From Sphingomonadaceae bacterium (GTDB lineage Bacteria; Pseudomonadota; Alphaproteobacteria; Sphingomonadales; Sphingomonadaceae): a stretch of 64,000 bases of DNA. Shown in pieces: positions 56,252 to 64,000 of the stretch. Positions within the stretch are counted from its first letter, which is position 1, and each line of letters begins with the position of its first letter. The stretch lies in contig JACKLA010000001.1 of NCBI GenBank assembly GCA_024236155.1, positions 605,298 through 669,297 of the forward strand, read 5' to 3'. Made by a program: the position numbers and the translations under genes. Below the pieces are notes generated by a model. It was not told the origin of the DNA, ran no database searches, and saw only the letters and a program-made list of their open reading frames with translations.

Positions 56252-59200
56252 TCAGCCCGCCTTGGTCAGATCAATCCCCACCACCGCCAGCCGGACCTCA
56301 TAGTTCGTACGATTCTCGAGTTCGGCAGCCTGCGCCCCCAGGCGCGCCAGAACGGCTCTAAAATCCAGCGTCGCGCCAGTGTCAGGACATTTCCAGTGTC
56401 GTGTCTTGTTCATCGTCACCAGAAGACATCCAGCCCGGCAGTTGTCGTGCTGCATGTATTGGCCAACCAGCTGCTCTGCGAGTGCCTTCTCCAGATCTTT
56501 TAGGGTGTAGCCTTTGTTGGCAAGCTTCATTTCGATCACGGCCTGCGCGTTCGAACGGACAGACAAAAGGCGGATATCCGTCTCCTTGTCATTGATCACC
56601 AAAGCCTCGCGGTCGACCCGGTAGGCTCCGTTTTCGTGTTCCTGAAGTCGCTTTGCGAACCACACCTGCATTTGCTTTTCTAGTCTTATTCCGAGCAGGA
56701 TCGGGCGTTCGGAAAACTCATGCGCTGCTATGTCGTGCCGGAGGTCGGACAGTCGGTCCATCATCAGGCGGAACATGCCGTTGCGATCGGCAGGTGGCGC
56801 TTCGCCATGGGCTTCAACCTGGGCGATATCGGCGTCTGCAAGCGCTGGGCCTTCAGCTTCGCTCGCGGCCTTCTCGCGCGCGAGTTGGTCAAGCCGATCC
56901 CTGAAGTGCGCGAACAGAGGATCAGCGCGCATAGCCTGCTTAACTGCCCAGGCCTCGGGGCCGGTACGCGCCAGAAGTGCTCCCAGCACGGCGCTACGGC
57001 CATGCTGAGCCTCGTCGCGTGCTGTGGGGCTATATGTGCCAGTGCCCGCACGTTCGAGGTCTTCGGCCAAGCGGATCTCGGCATAGGCCAATCGGACCAG
57101 CGTCAGAAGCAACGGTGGGGTGAAGCGTGGATCGGATAGATCCGGGCAGAAGCGCGCGCTGCGTCGGTCACTGAACGCAGCGAACAAATTGACGCTGAGC
57201 TGGTAGCGCGCCTGCGGCGCGAGCGTCTCGACAAGCCGCTCAAGGGTGGCGATTGCCTCCTCTGGCGCGGTACTGAACAACATCATGAGCCATAGCAGAA
57301 CGAAGGGGCTTTCGGGGGCGGTCTCCAGGCGCTCGCGGGCCAGATCATGCAATAGTGATCTGTCACCTGGGCTGCGCAGGAGATAGTCGATCGCCCGTTC
57401 GAGATGATCGTAGACCCGCGCCTGCTCGTGCTCGCCATCGAAGGTGGCGGGCGTAACGGACAGCCATGCGCTTACGCGGGGGGCGAAGAATTCCAGAACG
57501 CTGTGATCCGCGCGCGAAAAATCGGCGAGCAGCCCGGGGAAAGCAAAACTGACCGCGTCGCTAAGCTGTGCCGAGAGTTCCTCGCCCAACGTCCGGTCAA
57601 CCACATCCGGGTGATGCTTGACGAGCTGGGTCAGCCATGGCGGCACGCCGTCCATCTCCTGGGGTGCCAGCCTGGCCGCATATTCTGCGTCCTTGGCGGT
57701 CAGGCCCTTCGCCCAGTCCGGATCTTCAGCTTCGGCGTAGACGCCAGCCAAGGCATGGACCCAGTGGTTCCAAACGGTATTGCGCTCTTCTTCGGCTCGT
57801 TCACTACGAAGCGGGACTTTGACCGTGCGCCAGTAGCGGCAAAACGCCGCACGGACCCTGTCGGTGATCGCCTCGCTGAAATGCGCCGTGATTGTCGAAC
57901 GGTGCCAGTGCGCGCGCCAACCGCGGTCTTGCGGGTCCCGCTCTAGGACCTGGGTGAAATCCCAGACCACTTGCCTGTCTTTGGTCTTGGCAAAATAGGC
58001 GTCGGGATCGCTAACCACGTCATTGCGCCAGGTGACCCAGGTCTCGATGGCGGCCTGCCGTTTGGCTTCTCGCTTTTCAGCCTCCTTCTTCCATTTGGCT
58101 TCCTGCGCTTCGTAAGTCCTGTCGCGTTTTGGCGGAACAAGCCGTTCTTCGAGCTTCTCGGCCCATGAGGCCTCGCCTGCTGCTATCTCGCGCAGTTCGC
58201 TGACCCGCTCGTCGTCGAGCGTGCCGCCTGGCCTCAAGAACCACATTGCATCCCAGAACGCGGCCGCGCGGGTCTTTTGCTCGACACTTGTGTCACGGCA
58301 AATGGCAACCAGCCAGCCGAAGTCGTCATTGTCGAGTTGGCCGACCAGCGTGTCATGCGTCAGGTTCGCACCAAACTCGTTGCCGTTGCGGGATGGAATG
58401 TGCGCAGCGCAGAAGGCGCCTTCAGCCACATAGACGTCTTTGTGCCAGGAGCGCGGCGCCCGGTGGAACCGGTTGATGAGGTCCGCCCCTGGTTTTTCGT
58501 CGCCATATTCATGGCCGCCCAGGCGCGTTGCAATGACCGCCGCAGCGATCAGGTCACGCGAGGGGACCGCCTCCCTTGTCAGATCCGCAAGGCACAAAGT
58601 GGCAAGCGCCGAGGAGAGGTGGCTGTAGTGGCTCGCAAAATGCGGCCAATTGTCGCTGCGTTCGATGCTGGCTTCCATCAACCGTGTGAGCGCGGCGCGA
58701 AACTCCCTTGACTGGGTACTGTCGAGACACATGGCTGGGATCAAACGCGGCAGGGTCCACTCGATCCCGCCAACGGTGTGTTTGGTGACTTCGATCTGCC
58801 CGATCATCTCGACGAACTGATCGACTGTCATGTGCTTGGGAAACAACGCACCGAGCACACCTTCCTTGACCCGTGATGGCCAGTGCTTCTCGGTCAGAAT
58901 CGAAGCGACCAGTTCATCAAGCCCGCCGGTGTCCGTCATTTCGGCAACCGCCGTGAGCGCGGTTACCCGATCGGTCTGGGTGGCATCGGGATCGTTGGCC
59001 ACCTCTGAAGCGATGTCGAGGCAATCTTCCATCCGCCCCGCCTGCACCAGATCGATCAGCAACTCGCGCACTTCCGGATTGGTGCTGCCTTCGCCCCAGA
59101 GTTCTCGAACGGTCGGCGACAGTTCGGGCGAGGCGAAGCGCAGTACCTGTGGATAGGGAATGCGCACGCCGCGCCATTCGTCCTTGCCGTATCGCCGGAC

Positions 59201-60619
59201 ATATTCGGCCAATATTCGGCGCCGCGCGCTGACTGGGAAACTCTCGGGATCACCGTCGTCCATCAGCGCTTCGGGTTCGCGGCGAAGCAGTTCGTCGCGT
59301 ACAGCGTCGTTCCCGATGGCTAGCCAGGCAGCAACCGCGCGCATTGACGGAAAAACGAGCTGTTGGCCATAGCACTCGCCAAATAGCAGGCCGAACAGTG
59401 CAGACTTGGCCATGTGCCCGTTCTGGCAGAACCGGTTCAGGCGCTGCGCCGCGAGATACTCGACTGCTGAACGATGATGGAAGCGGACGCGCCCATAGCT
59501 CGCAAACCCGAACAACGGGCGCTGGAGCAGTTCGGCTCGCTCGTTTTCCGACCAGTTATTGAGAATGATCGAAGGGTCGGTGGCCGACTCCTGCTCGGCA
59601 GCATCGAGCGATAGGTCCGAAAAACGGATCGTGCGCTTGCGTGTCAGGATCTGGGCAAGCGCAAGGCGTTCGGCCCCTTCCAGCGCCTTCGCATCGGACA
59701 GGGTGATGTAACGCTTGCGCTCACCCGTTTCCTGCAGCTTCCTGCGGATGTCCTCAGCGACCTGCTGGGATCGGGTGCCCAACTGCCCATGCTCTTTCCA
59801 ATAGGAGCAAATCTCGATCAGTTCCTGCGGTCGCCGGGCAAATTCCCAGGCCCGCTTGCGATCGATTTCGGCAATGAGGGCAGACACGTCCTTAACGCCG
59901 CGCGAACCCGCCAGCCTCTCGATCTGGGGTTGGCTTAGCGATGTCAAACCTACAATGCGAACCCCGGTCTCAGGGTCAAGATCCCGAGGTCTATTGTTGC
60001 TTGCGTGATGCTCCTTACGCTCTTCCCCGCTGATCAGGCGCCGGAACGGTTCATCGGGAGAATCAACGACTTCGACTTCGGGAGGCGGAGGGATAACCGG
60101 CAACTCGCTAGCGAAGGCATCGAGGTCGAGCGCGATAGGTCTGCTGGTGACGACGATGCTGGCGCGGTGCAACTGCCCATCAAGGGCGGCGGCGAACTTG
60201 CGTAGCGCGAGCCGGAAATCGCCATGCGACAGAAGCAGTTCGTCGGCGGAATCCAGAAAGAAGTGCGCTTCAGTATGGCCATCCGTGAGCCAGTGGCGGT
60301 ACCGGGCCAATTGCGCCGGCTCAAGCAGGAAGCGAATGTCGTTAGTGGAAATGCCCTCGAGGGTCAGGAAGAAAGCGGCCTTTCCTTCCGCAAACAGTCG
60401 TTTGGCCTGTTCCCGGCATTCGTGTGTCTTGCCGGCACCCGCTGTAGAAACAATCAGAACCCGTTTCGATCCAAGCAAGTCACCCCAGTCCGTCTGCCCG
60501 CCAAGGCCCATGGACTCATAGGCCTCTAGCTTGTCCGGATCAGCGATTTCTTCCCGCGAGAGATTGCGAAACGTGCGAGCGAATTCAGAGTTCTCAGTGG
60601 GATTCATCGACTTGTTCAT
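56252..60619 (-). CDS. NACHT/STAND-like NTPase with C-terminal PD-(D/E)XK-type motif; candidate defence protein
   Basis: STAGAGKT, FFLDSADE, IVVTSRP, FHHRSAVEYLAA, long helical region, then E..ETDIRL..VIEMK..EQLVGQY. Confidence 0.78.
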   Translation of the reverse strand: MNKSMNPTENSEFARTFRNLSREEIADPDKLEAYESMGLGGQTDWGDLLGSKRVLIVSTAGAGKTHECREQAKRLFAEGKAAFFLTLEGISTNDIRFLLEPAQLARYRHWLTDGHTEAHFFLDSADELLLSHGDFRLALRKFAAALDGQLHRASIVVTSRPIALDLDAFASELPVIPPPPEVEVVDSPDEPFRRLISGEERKEHHASNNRPRDLDPETGVRIVGLTSLSQPQIERLAGSRGVKDVSALIAEIDRKRAWEFARRPQELIEICSYWKEHGQLGTRSQQVAEDIRRKLQETGERKRYITLSDAKALEGAERLALAQILTRKRTIRFSDLSLDAAEQESATDPSIILNNWSENERAELLQRPLFGFASYGRVRFHHRSAVEYLAAQRLNRFCQNGHMAKSALFGLLFGECYGQQLVFPSMRAVAAWLAIGNDAVRDELLRREPEALMDDGDPESFPVSARRRILAEYVRRYGKDEWRGVRIPYPQVLRFASPELSPTVRELWGEGSTNPEVRELLIDLVQAGRMEDCLDIASEVANDPDATQTDRVTALTAVAEMTDTGGLDELVASILTEKHWPSRVKEGVLGALFPKHMTVDQFVEMIGQIEVTKHTVGGIEWTLPRLIPAMCLDSTQSREFRAALTRLMEASIERSDNWPHFASHYSHLSSALATLCLADLTREAVPSRDLIAAAVIATRLGGHEYGDEKPGADLINRFHRAPRSWHKDVYVAEGAFCAAHIPSRNGNEFGANLTHDTLVGQLDNDDFGWLVAICRDTSVEQKTRAAAFWDAMWFLRPGGTLDDERVSELREIAAGEASWAEKLEERLVPPKRDRTYEAQEAKWKKEAEKREAKRQAAIETWVTWRNDVVSDPDAYFAKTKDRQVVWDFTQVLERDPQDRGWRAHWHRSTITAHFSEAITDRVRAAFCRYWRTVKVPLRSERAEEERNTVWNHWVHALAGVYAEAEDPDWAKGLTAKDAEYAARLAPQEMDGVPPWLTQLVKHHPDVVDRTLGEELSAQLSDAVSFAFPGLLADFSRADHSVLEFFAPRVSAWLSVTPATFDGEHEQARVYDHLERAIDYLLRSPGDRSLLHDLARERLETAPESPFVLLWLMMLFSTAPEEAIATLERLVETLAPQARYQLSVNLFAAFSDRRSARFCPDLSDPRFTPPLLLTLVRLAYAEIRLAEDLERAGTGTYSPTARDEAQHGRSAVLGALLARTGPEAWAVKQAMRADPLFAHFRDRLDQLAREKAASEAEGPALADADIAQVEAHGEAPPADRNGMFRLMMDRLSDLRHDIAAHEFSERPILLGIRLEKQMQVWFAKRLQEHENGAYRVDREALVINDKETDIRLLSVRSNAQAVIEMKLANKGYTLKDLEKALAEQLVGQYMQHDNCRAGCLLVTMNKTRHWKCPDTGATLDFRAVLARLGAQAAELENRTNYEVRLAVVGIDLTKAG

Positions 60620-60767
60620 TGGCGACTAAATGAGCCTTGTGGCGGGTCCGCACAAGATCAGGATGAGTCGGCAAGAGCGGCGTGCAGTTGGGACGCACTG
60701 CTCAGAGGCAGGTATCCGGGATCGGTGCGTCGCTCCCTGAGCGGAGGACATGCCAATCCACGTCGGA

Positions 60768-61799
60768 CTAGGCGGCTTTCATCCTGTGTCCGCGCCGAAG
60801 GTACGGATGCTCGCGGTTTATCCGACGCGCGAGTTCGAAATCCCCATCTTGACTGATGAGATATCGGTAGGCCCAGCTGGTCTGCAAGGAATTGTAATAA
60901 TCCATATTGTCAGGAGTCGAGCTGACGGGTCGCCCTTCTGCGGCACGGTGTAGAAGCTCCTGCATCGATTGGGTTCGCACCGCGAATTCGTCGAGCACCC
61001 GTTTCATGCCTGCCGCGTCGAGCTGACCGAGTGCGACCTGTCGCAGCGCTTGGGTTTGACAATCGTGCCGCGCGCTCTCCAGATTCCTGTGGACTTCGCC
61101 CAATAGGGAAGGGCACCAGGCGCAGAGCAATAAATCCGCGCTGAGAGGCATGTAAATCTCTATGCCTTCCACGGCGAGGCCAAGGTTGCCGCATGGGCCA
61201 AAGTCGCGCGAGTTGGCGCGGACGACCGGGTTGTCGCCAAGATAGAAACTTGTCCCCGGCGCGGCCTCCATGAGTAGGAAGTCCTTCACGGCGATGACCT
61301 GCGCGAACTGGCCAAGGAAGCCCTGAATACTCGTCAGGTGATCTCGCTTGAGGCTGTCTTCGGTGCTCGGCTGCCAGTCTTCCCATCCCTTCATATCTTG
61401 CACGCGTCCGCCCGCACCCTCGACCATGTTGACGAGTTCCTCTTCCATCGCCTGCCATTGGTCGCGCTGCGCTTTGGTCCGCAAAAGCTGGAACGCCAGA
61501 AAAACAGCCAGCGCGCCTTTTTGCTGCGGGCCGCTCCTCAGGCGTCGCTCGGTTAAGACTTCGCGATATGCCGGAAGCACCTGATCTTCCGCGCCGCATG
61601 CGACAGGCTCAAACGAGGCGATGTATTCGTCGTCATAGGCGAACTCGTTGAAGCGCCGTTCCGCCATAATGTTCTTGATGGAAGTTGCGAACCCGCGATC
61701 CTCATGTTTGTCGTAAACATGCACACGCTCCTTGGCGGCATCGGCGAGGAATTGGCGAAGGATGAACTTGGGAACGTAATGCTGGTTCTGGGCGGCCAT
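60768..61799 (-). CDS. DUF4238-like protein
   Basis: QHYVPKFILRQF, FQLLRT, FYLGDNPV, IYMPLS. Confidence 0.8.
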   Translation of the reverse strand: MAAQNQHYVPKFILRQFLADAAKERVHVYDKHEDRGFATSIKNIMAERRFNEFAYDDEYIASFEPVACGAEDQVLPAYREVLTERRLRSGPQQKGALAVFLAFQLLRTKAQRDQWQAMEEELVNMVEGAGGRVQDMKGWEDWQPSTEDSLKRDHLTSIQGFLGQFAQVIAVKDFLLMEAAPGTSFYLGDNPVVRANSRDFGPCGNLGLAVEGIEIYMPLSADLLLCAWCPSLLGEVHRNLESARHDCQTQALRQVALGQLDAAGMKRVLDEFAVRTQSMQELLHRAAEGRPVSSTPDNMDYYNSLQTSWAYRYLISQDGDFELARRINREHPYLRRGHRMKAA

Positions 61800-62166
61800 G
61801 GCGGCATAGTAACCGAGCGGCCCGAGTGATTCGAGCTTTATCCTGTTACACCACCAAATCCGACAGTCGCGGCTAGCGCGATGGCAACATGTGTGCGTGA
61901 CTATCAGTCGATCTCAAAGTCGTCACACCCCGTACGCGCATCCAACGCTTCGATGGGGTACGATGTCGGCTTTCCCCGCTATCGCTGCTTGAACCAGAAT
62001 GTCCGTTATCGGCCCATTTCCAGTCGTCGCAGGAACAACTTCGGATGCGAAAGTAGTGATCTAAAGTACTGATATGTTGTATATTATTGACAGCGTCGCC
62101 CAATCCCGCTAGAAACTGACTATAGCACCACGGCGGTGCGCATTCCCCTAGAATTAAGAGGCCAGC

Positions 62167-62748
62167 ATGATCAGAGCACCCGCACGTGTGCTCGAAGCGG
62201 GCGACGTGCGTCGATTGCTCGACCATGTTTCGTTGCTTCGGCACCCCACAAGAAACAAGGTTATCGTTCTGGCCAGCTTCAAGGCCGGCTTGCGAGCATG
62301 TGAGATCAGCCGCCTTGCCTGGCCGATGGTTCTCACGACGGAAGGCAAGATTGCTGAGGTGCTCACTGTGCCCGGTGCCATAGCCAAGTATGGGGGAGGC
62401 CGGATCATCCCCTTGCAGCTTGAGTTGAGGCGAGCGCTCAGAGCACATCACCGAGACGCTGGCCGACCTGCCACCGGATACATTGTGCAGTCCGAGCGTG
62501 GTGACGCGATGAAGCCGCAGAGCATCGTGAACTGGTTTAGTGTGGTCTACCGCGATCTTGGAATTATCGGTGCATCATCGCACTCCGGCCGTCGCACGTT
62601 TATCACGCGGGCTGCTCGGTCACTGTCAAAGGTCGGTGGGTCGCTCCGTGATGTACAAGAGTTGGCGGGGCACAAGGCGCTGTCCACCACCGAGCGCTAC
62701 ATCCAGGGTGACCGCGACGCGCAGCGCAAGCTTATCAAGCTGATCTGA
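62167..62748 (+). CDS. Small tyrosine recombinase (catalytic domain only)
   Basis: AGLRACEI, AK, HSGRRTF, VQELAGH, TTERY. Confidence 0.9.
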   Translation: MIRAPARVLEAGDVRRLLDHVSLLRHPTRNKVIVLASFKAGLRACEISRLAWPMVLTTEGKIAEVLTVPGAIAKYGGGRIIPLQLELRRALRAHHRDAGRPATGYIVQSERGDAMKPQSIVNWFSVVYRDLGIIGASSHSGRRTFITRAARSLSKVGGSLRDVQELAGHKALSTTERYIQGDRDAQRKLIKLI

Positions 62749-62804
62749 TACCGCGCAGCCGGACTGCTGCAACTCCACCAACATTCTGATGAAGGAGACT
62801 GGCC

Positions 62805-63170
62805 ATGAAGTGCCGGAACGATAACGCGTGCCTGCAATCCAACGAAGAACGGAAGTCGCGCATACGACGATTGAACGATGATCTGCGGAAAGGGCGGGGC
62901 AAGGGCGAACTGCTCGTCACACCGGGCGTGATCGATCTTGCGAATGGTGCGCTGCCCGATATCTTGGCTTTGCTGAGAGACTATGACGCATTCTCGACAG
63001 AATATGACCCGTACGGCGAACATGACTTCGGGGCGTTCAGCTATCGCGGTGCAAAGCTGTTCTGGAAGATCGACTACTATGATCGATCCCTGCGCTACGG
63101 TTCCGACGACCCAGCAAACGAGGCGATCACTACGCGAGTCCTGACGCTGATGCTGGCGAGAGAATACTGA
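62805..63170 (+). CDS. DUF3768-like protein
   Basis: IRRLNDDLR..VTPGV..DPYGEHDFG..FWKIDYYD..RVLTLMLAREY. Confidence 0.85.
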   Translation: MKCRNDNACLQSNEERKSRIRRLNDDLRKGRGKGELLVTPGVIDLANGALPDILALLRDYDAFSTEYDPYGEHDFGAFSYRGAKLFWKIDYYDRSLRYGSDDPANEAITTRVLTLMLAREY

Positions 63171-63715
63171 TGGCGGAGCAACACTTGCCGCCCACATTCA
63201 GACTTCCCGCGTCGCGCAAACTACGACCCATTCAGCAGGGTGAACTCGACGGCCTGTGCGGCATCTACTCACTCATCAACGCGATCCGCCTCATCAAGTT
63301 TGAAGCAGGTGTCTTTCGAGCCATTGAAAGCGAAGCACTGTTCTCCTTCGCAATTTACCGGCTCGCGAACACTGGCGACATTCGGGAACGCATTTGTACC
63401 GGCGTGCCGTGGGGAGTTCTGAAGCAACTCGGCCAGCACATGGCCAAAGTGGCTAGCGAAGAATGTGTCGAACTGCGCGTCGCCCCCGTCAAGCGCGGGC
63501 AGGCGAACAGGATAGCCACAATCAAACGCCACCTTCTGAGCGGCACACCGATCATTGCCTCCGTGCATCGGGACCAGCACTACACGGTGCTAGCCGGGTG
63601 GACGCCAACAAGAGCTGTCCTCTTCGACAGCAGCGGCAGTCATTGGGTGCCACTTGAGTCGATAAAGCGGACACTCTGTTTGGCTGTTTCAGTCAGCGGG
63701 ACCCTTGGTGTTTGA
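63170..63715 (+). CDS. Hypothetical papain-like (C39-like) Cys protease-fold protein
   Basis: QQGELDGLCGIYSLINA (Gln, Cys), HYTV (His), LFDS (Asp). Confidence 0.6.
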   Translation: MAEQHLPPTFRLPASRKLRPIQQGELDGLCGIYSLINAIRLIKFEAGVFRAIESEALFSFAIYRLANTGDIRERICTGVPWGVLKQLGQHMAKVASEECVELRVAPVKRGQANRIATIKRHLLSGTPIIASVHRDQHYTVLAGWTPTRAVLFDSSGSHWVPLESIKRTLCLAVSVSGTLGV

Positions 63716-63919
63716 TGGCTTGAAGAATGTCTCAGGGTAGACGCCAAGCGCAGCGGCGAGCTTTCCCAGAACTTTGACTGATGGGTTTCGGCGGCCGCGT
63801 TCAATCCCGCCAATATAGGTGAGATCGAGTTCGCACTCGTGCGCGAGTTGTTCCTGAGTGAACCCGCGTTCGAGCCGGAGCCTCCGTATATTGGCAGCAA
63901 CGATCAGGTTCCAGTCCAT
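63689..63919 (-). CDS. XRE-family HTH regulator (C-protein-like)
   Basis: NIRRLRLERGFTQEQLA..YIGGIERGRRNPSV..LAAALGV. Confidence 0.92.
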   Translation of the reverse strand: MDWNLIVAANIRRLRLERGFTQEQLAHECELDLTYIGGIERGRRNPSVKVLGKLAAALGVYPETFFKPSNTKGPAD

Positions 63920-63952
63920 TCGAGGCTTGGACCGTCAATCGAGCTTGCGCTC

Positions 63953-63970
63953 TAGGGACTATAGTCCCTA
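63953..63970. promoter_or_regulatory. Perfect 18-bp palindrome, probable XRE operator
   Basis: TAGGGACTATAGTCCCTA, 34-51 bp upstream of the XRE start codon. Confidence 0.7.
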
Positions 63971-64000
63971 TCAAAAATAAGCGCACTGGGTGTTCGAGGG

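Noticed and set aside
1-64000. CRISPR array, tRNA/rRNA genes, att sites
   Set aside because: No repeat-spacer periodicity, RNA gene signature or paired att repeat seen by eye; the element ends lie outside the window.

Overview
This is a GC-rich alphaproteobacterial (sphingomonad-like) conjugative element, probably an ICE or plasmid, with four parts. (1) 1-16.6 kb: a minus-strand F-type T4SS operon (traA-L-E-K-B-dsbC-V-C-hyp-trbI-S26 peptidase-W-hyp-U-trbC-N, running off the left edge), three divergent small genes and a lytic transglycosylase. (2) 16.9-19.3 kb: Tn3 and IS3 remnants plus an intact IS3-family element with no target duplication. (3) 19.4-46.9 kb: an amide/amine catabolic cargo with a TonB-dependent receptor, Ntn acylase, NylB-like hydrolase, TTQ amine dehydrogenase mauBEDA without mauG, two cytochromes c, a Mo aldehyde oxidoreductase with XdhC/MocA, PuuB/PuuC-like enzymes, gabT/gabD, ABC and MFS transporters, LysR and TetR. 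It ends in a truncated flavin amine oxidase fused in frame to the next gene. (4) 46.9-64 kb: a Sec-signal Rhs locus (mini-YD/PT/Ig gene, Cys-containing secreted gene, full Rhs with decayed tip, intact orphan tip with lipoprotein immunity, permuted core remnant), a lone VirB2-like pilin, a STAND NTPase with a C-terminal nuclease motif, DUF4238, a small tyrosine recombinase, DUF3768, a papain-like protein and an XRE regulator. The most notable observation is that both Rhs tips carry TonB-box-like motifs after the autocleavage site; one (GEIVVTA) is identical to the box of the window's own TonB-dependent receptor. This suggests T6SS-independent, colicin-like toxin import. All calls come from reading motifs by eye; no searches were run.
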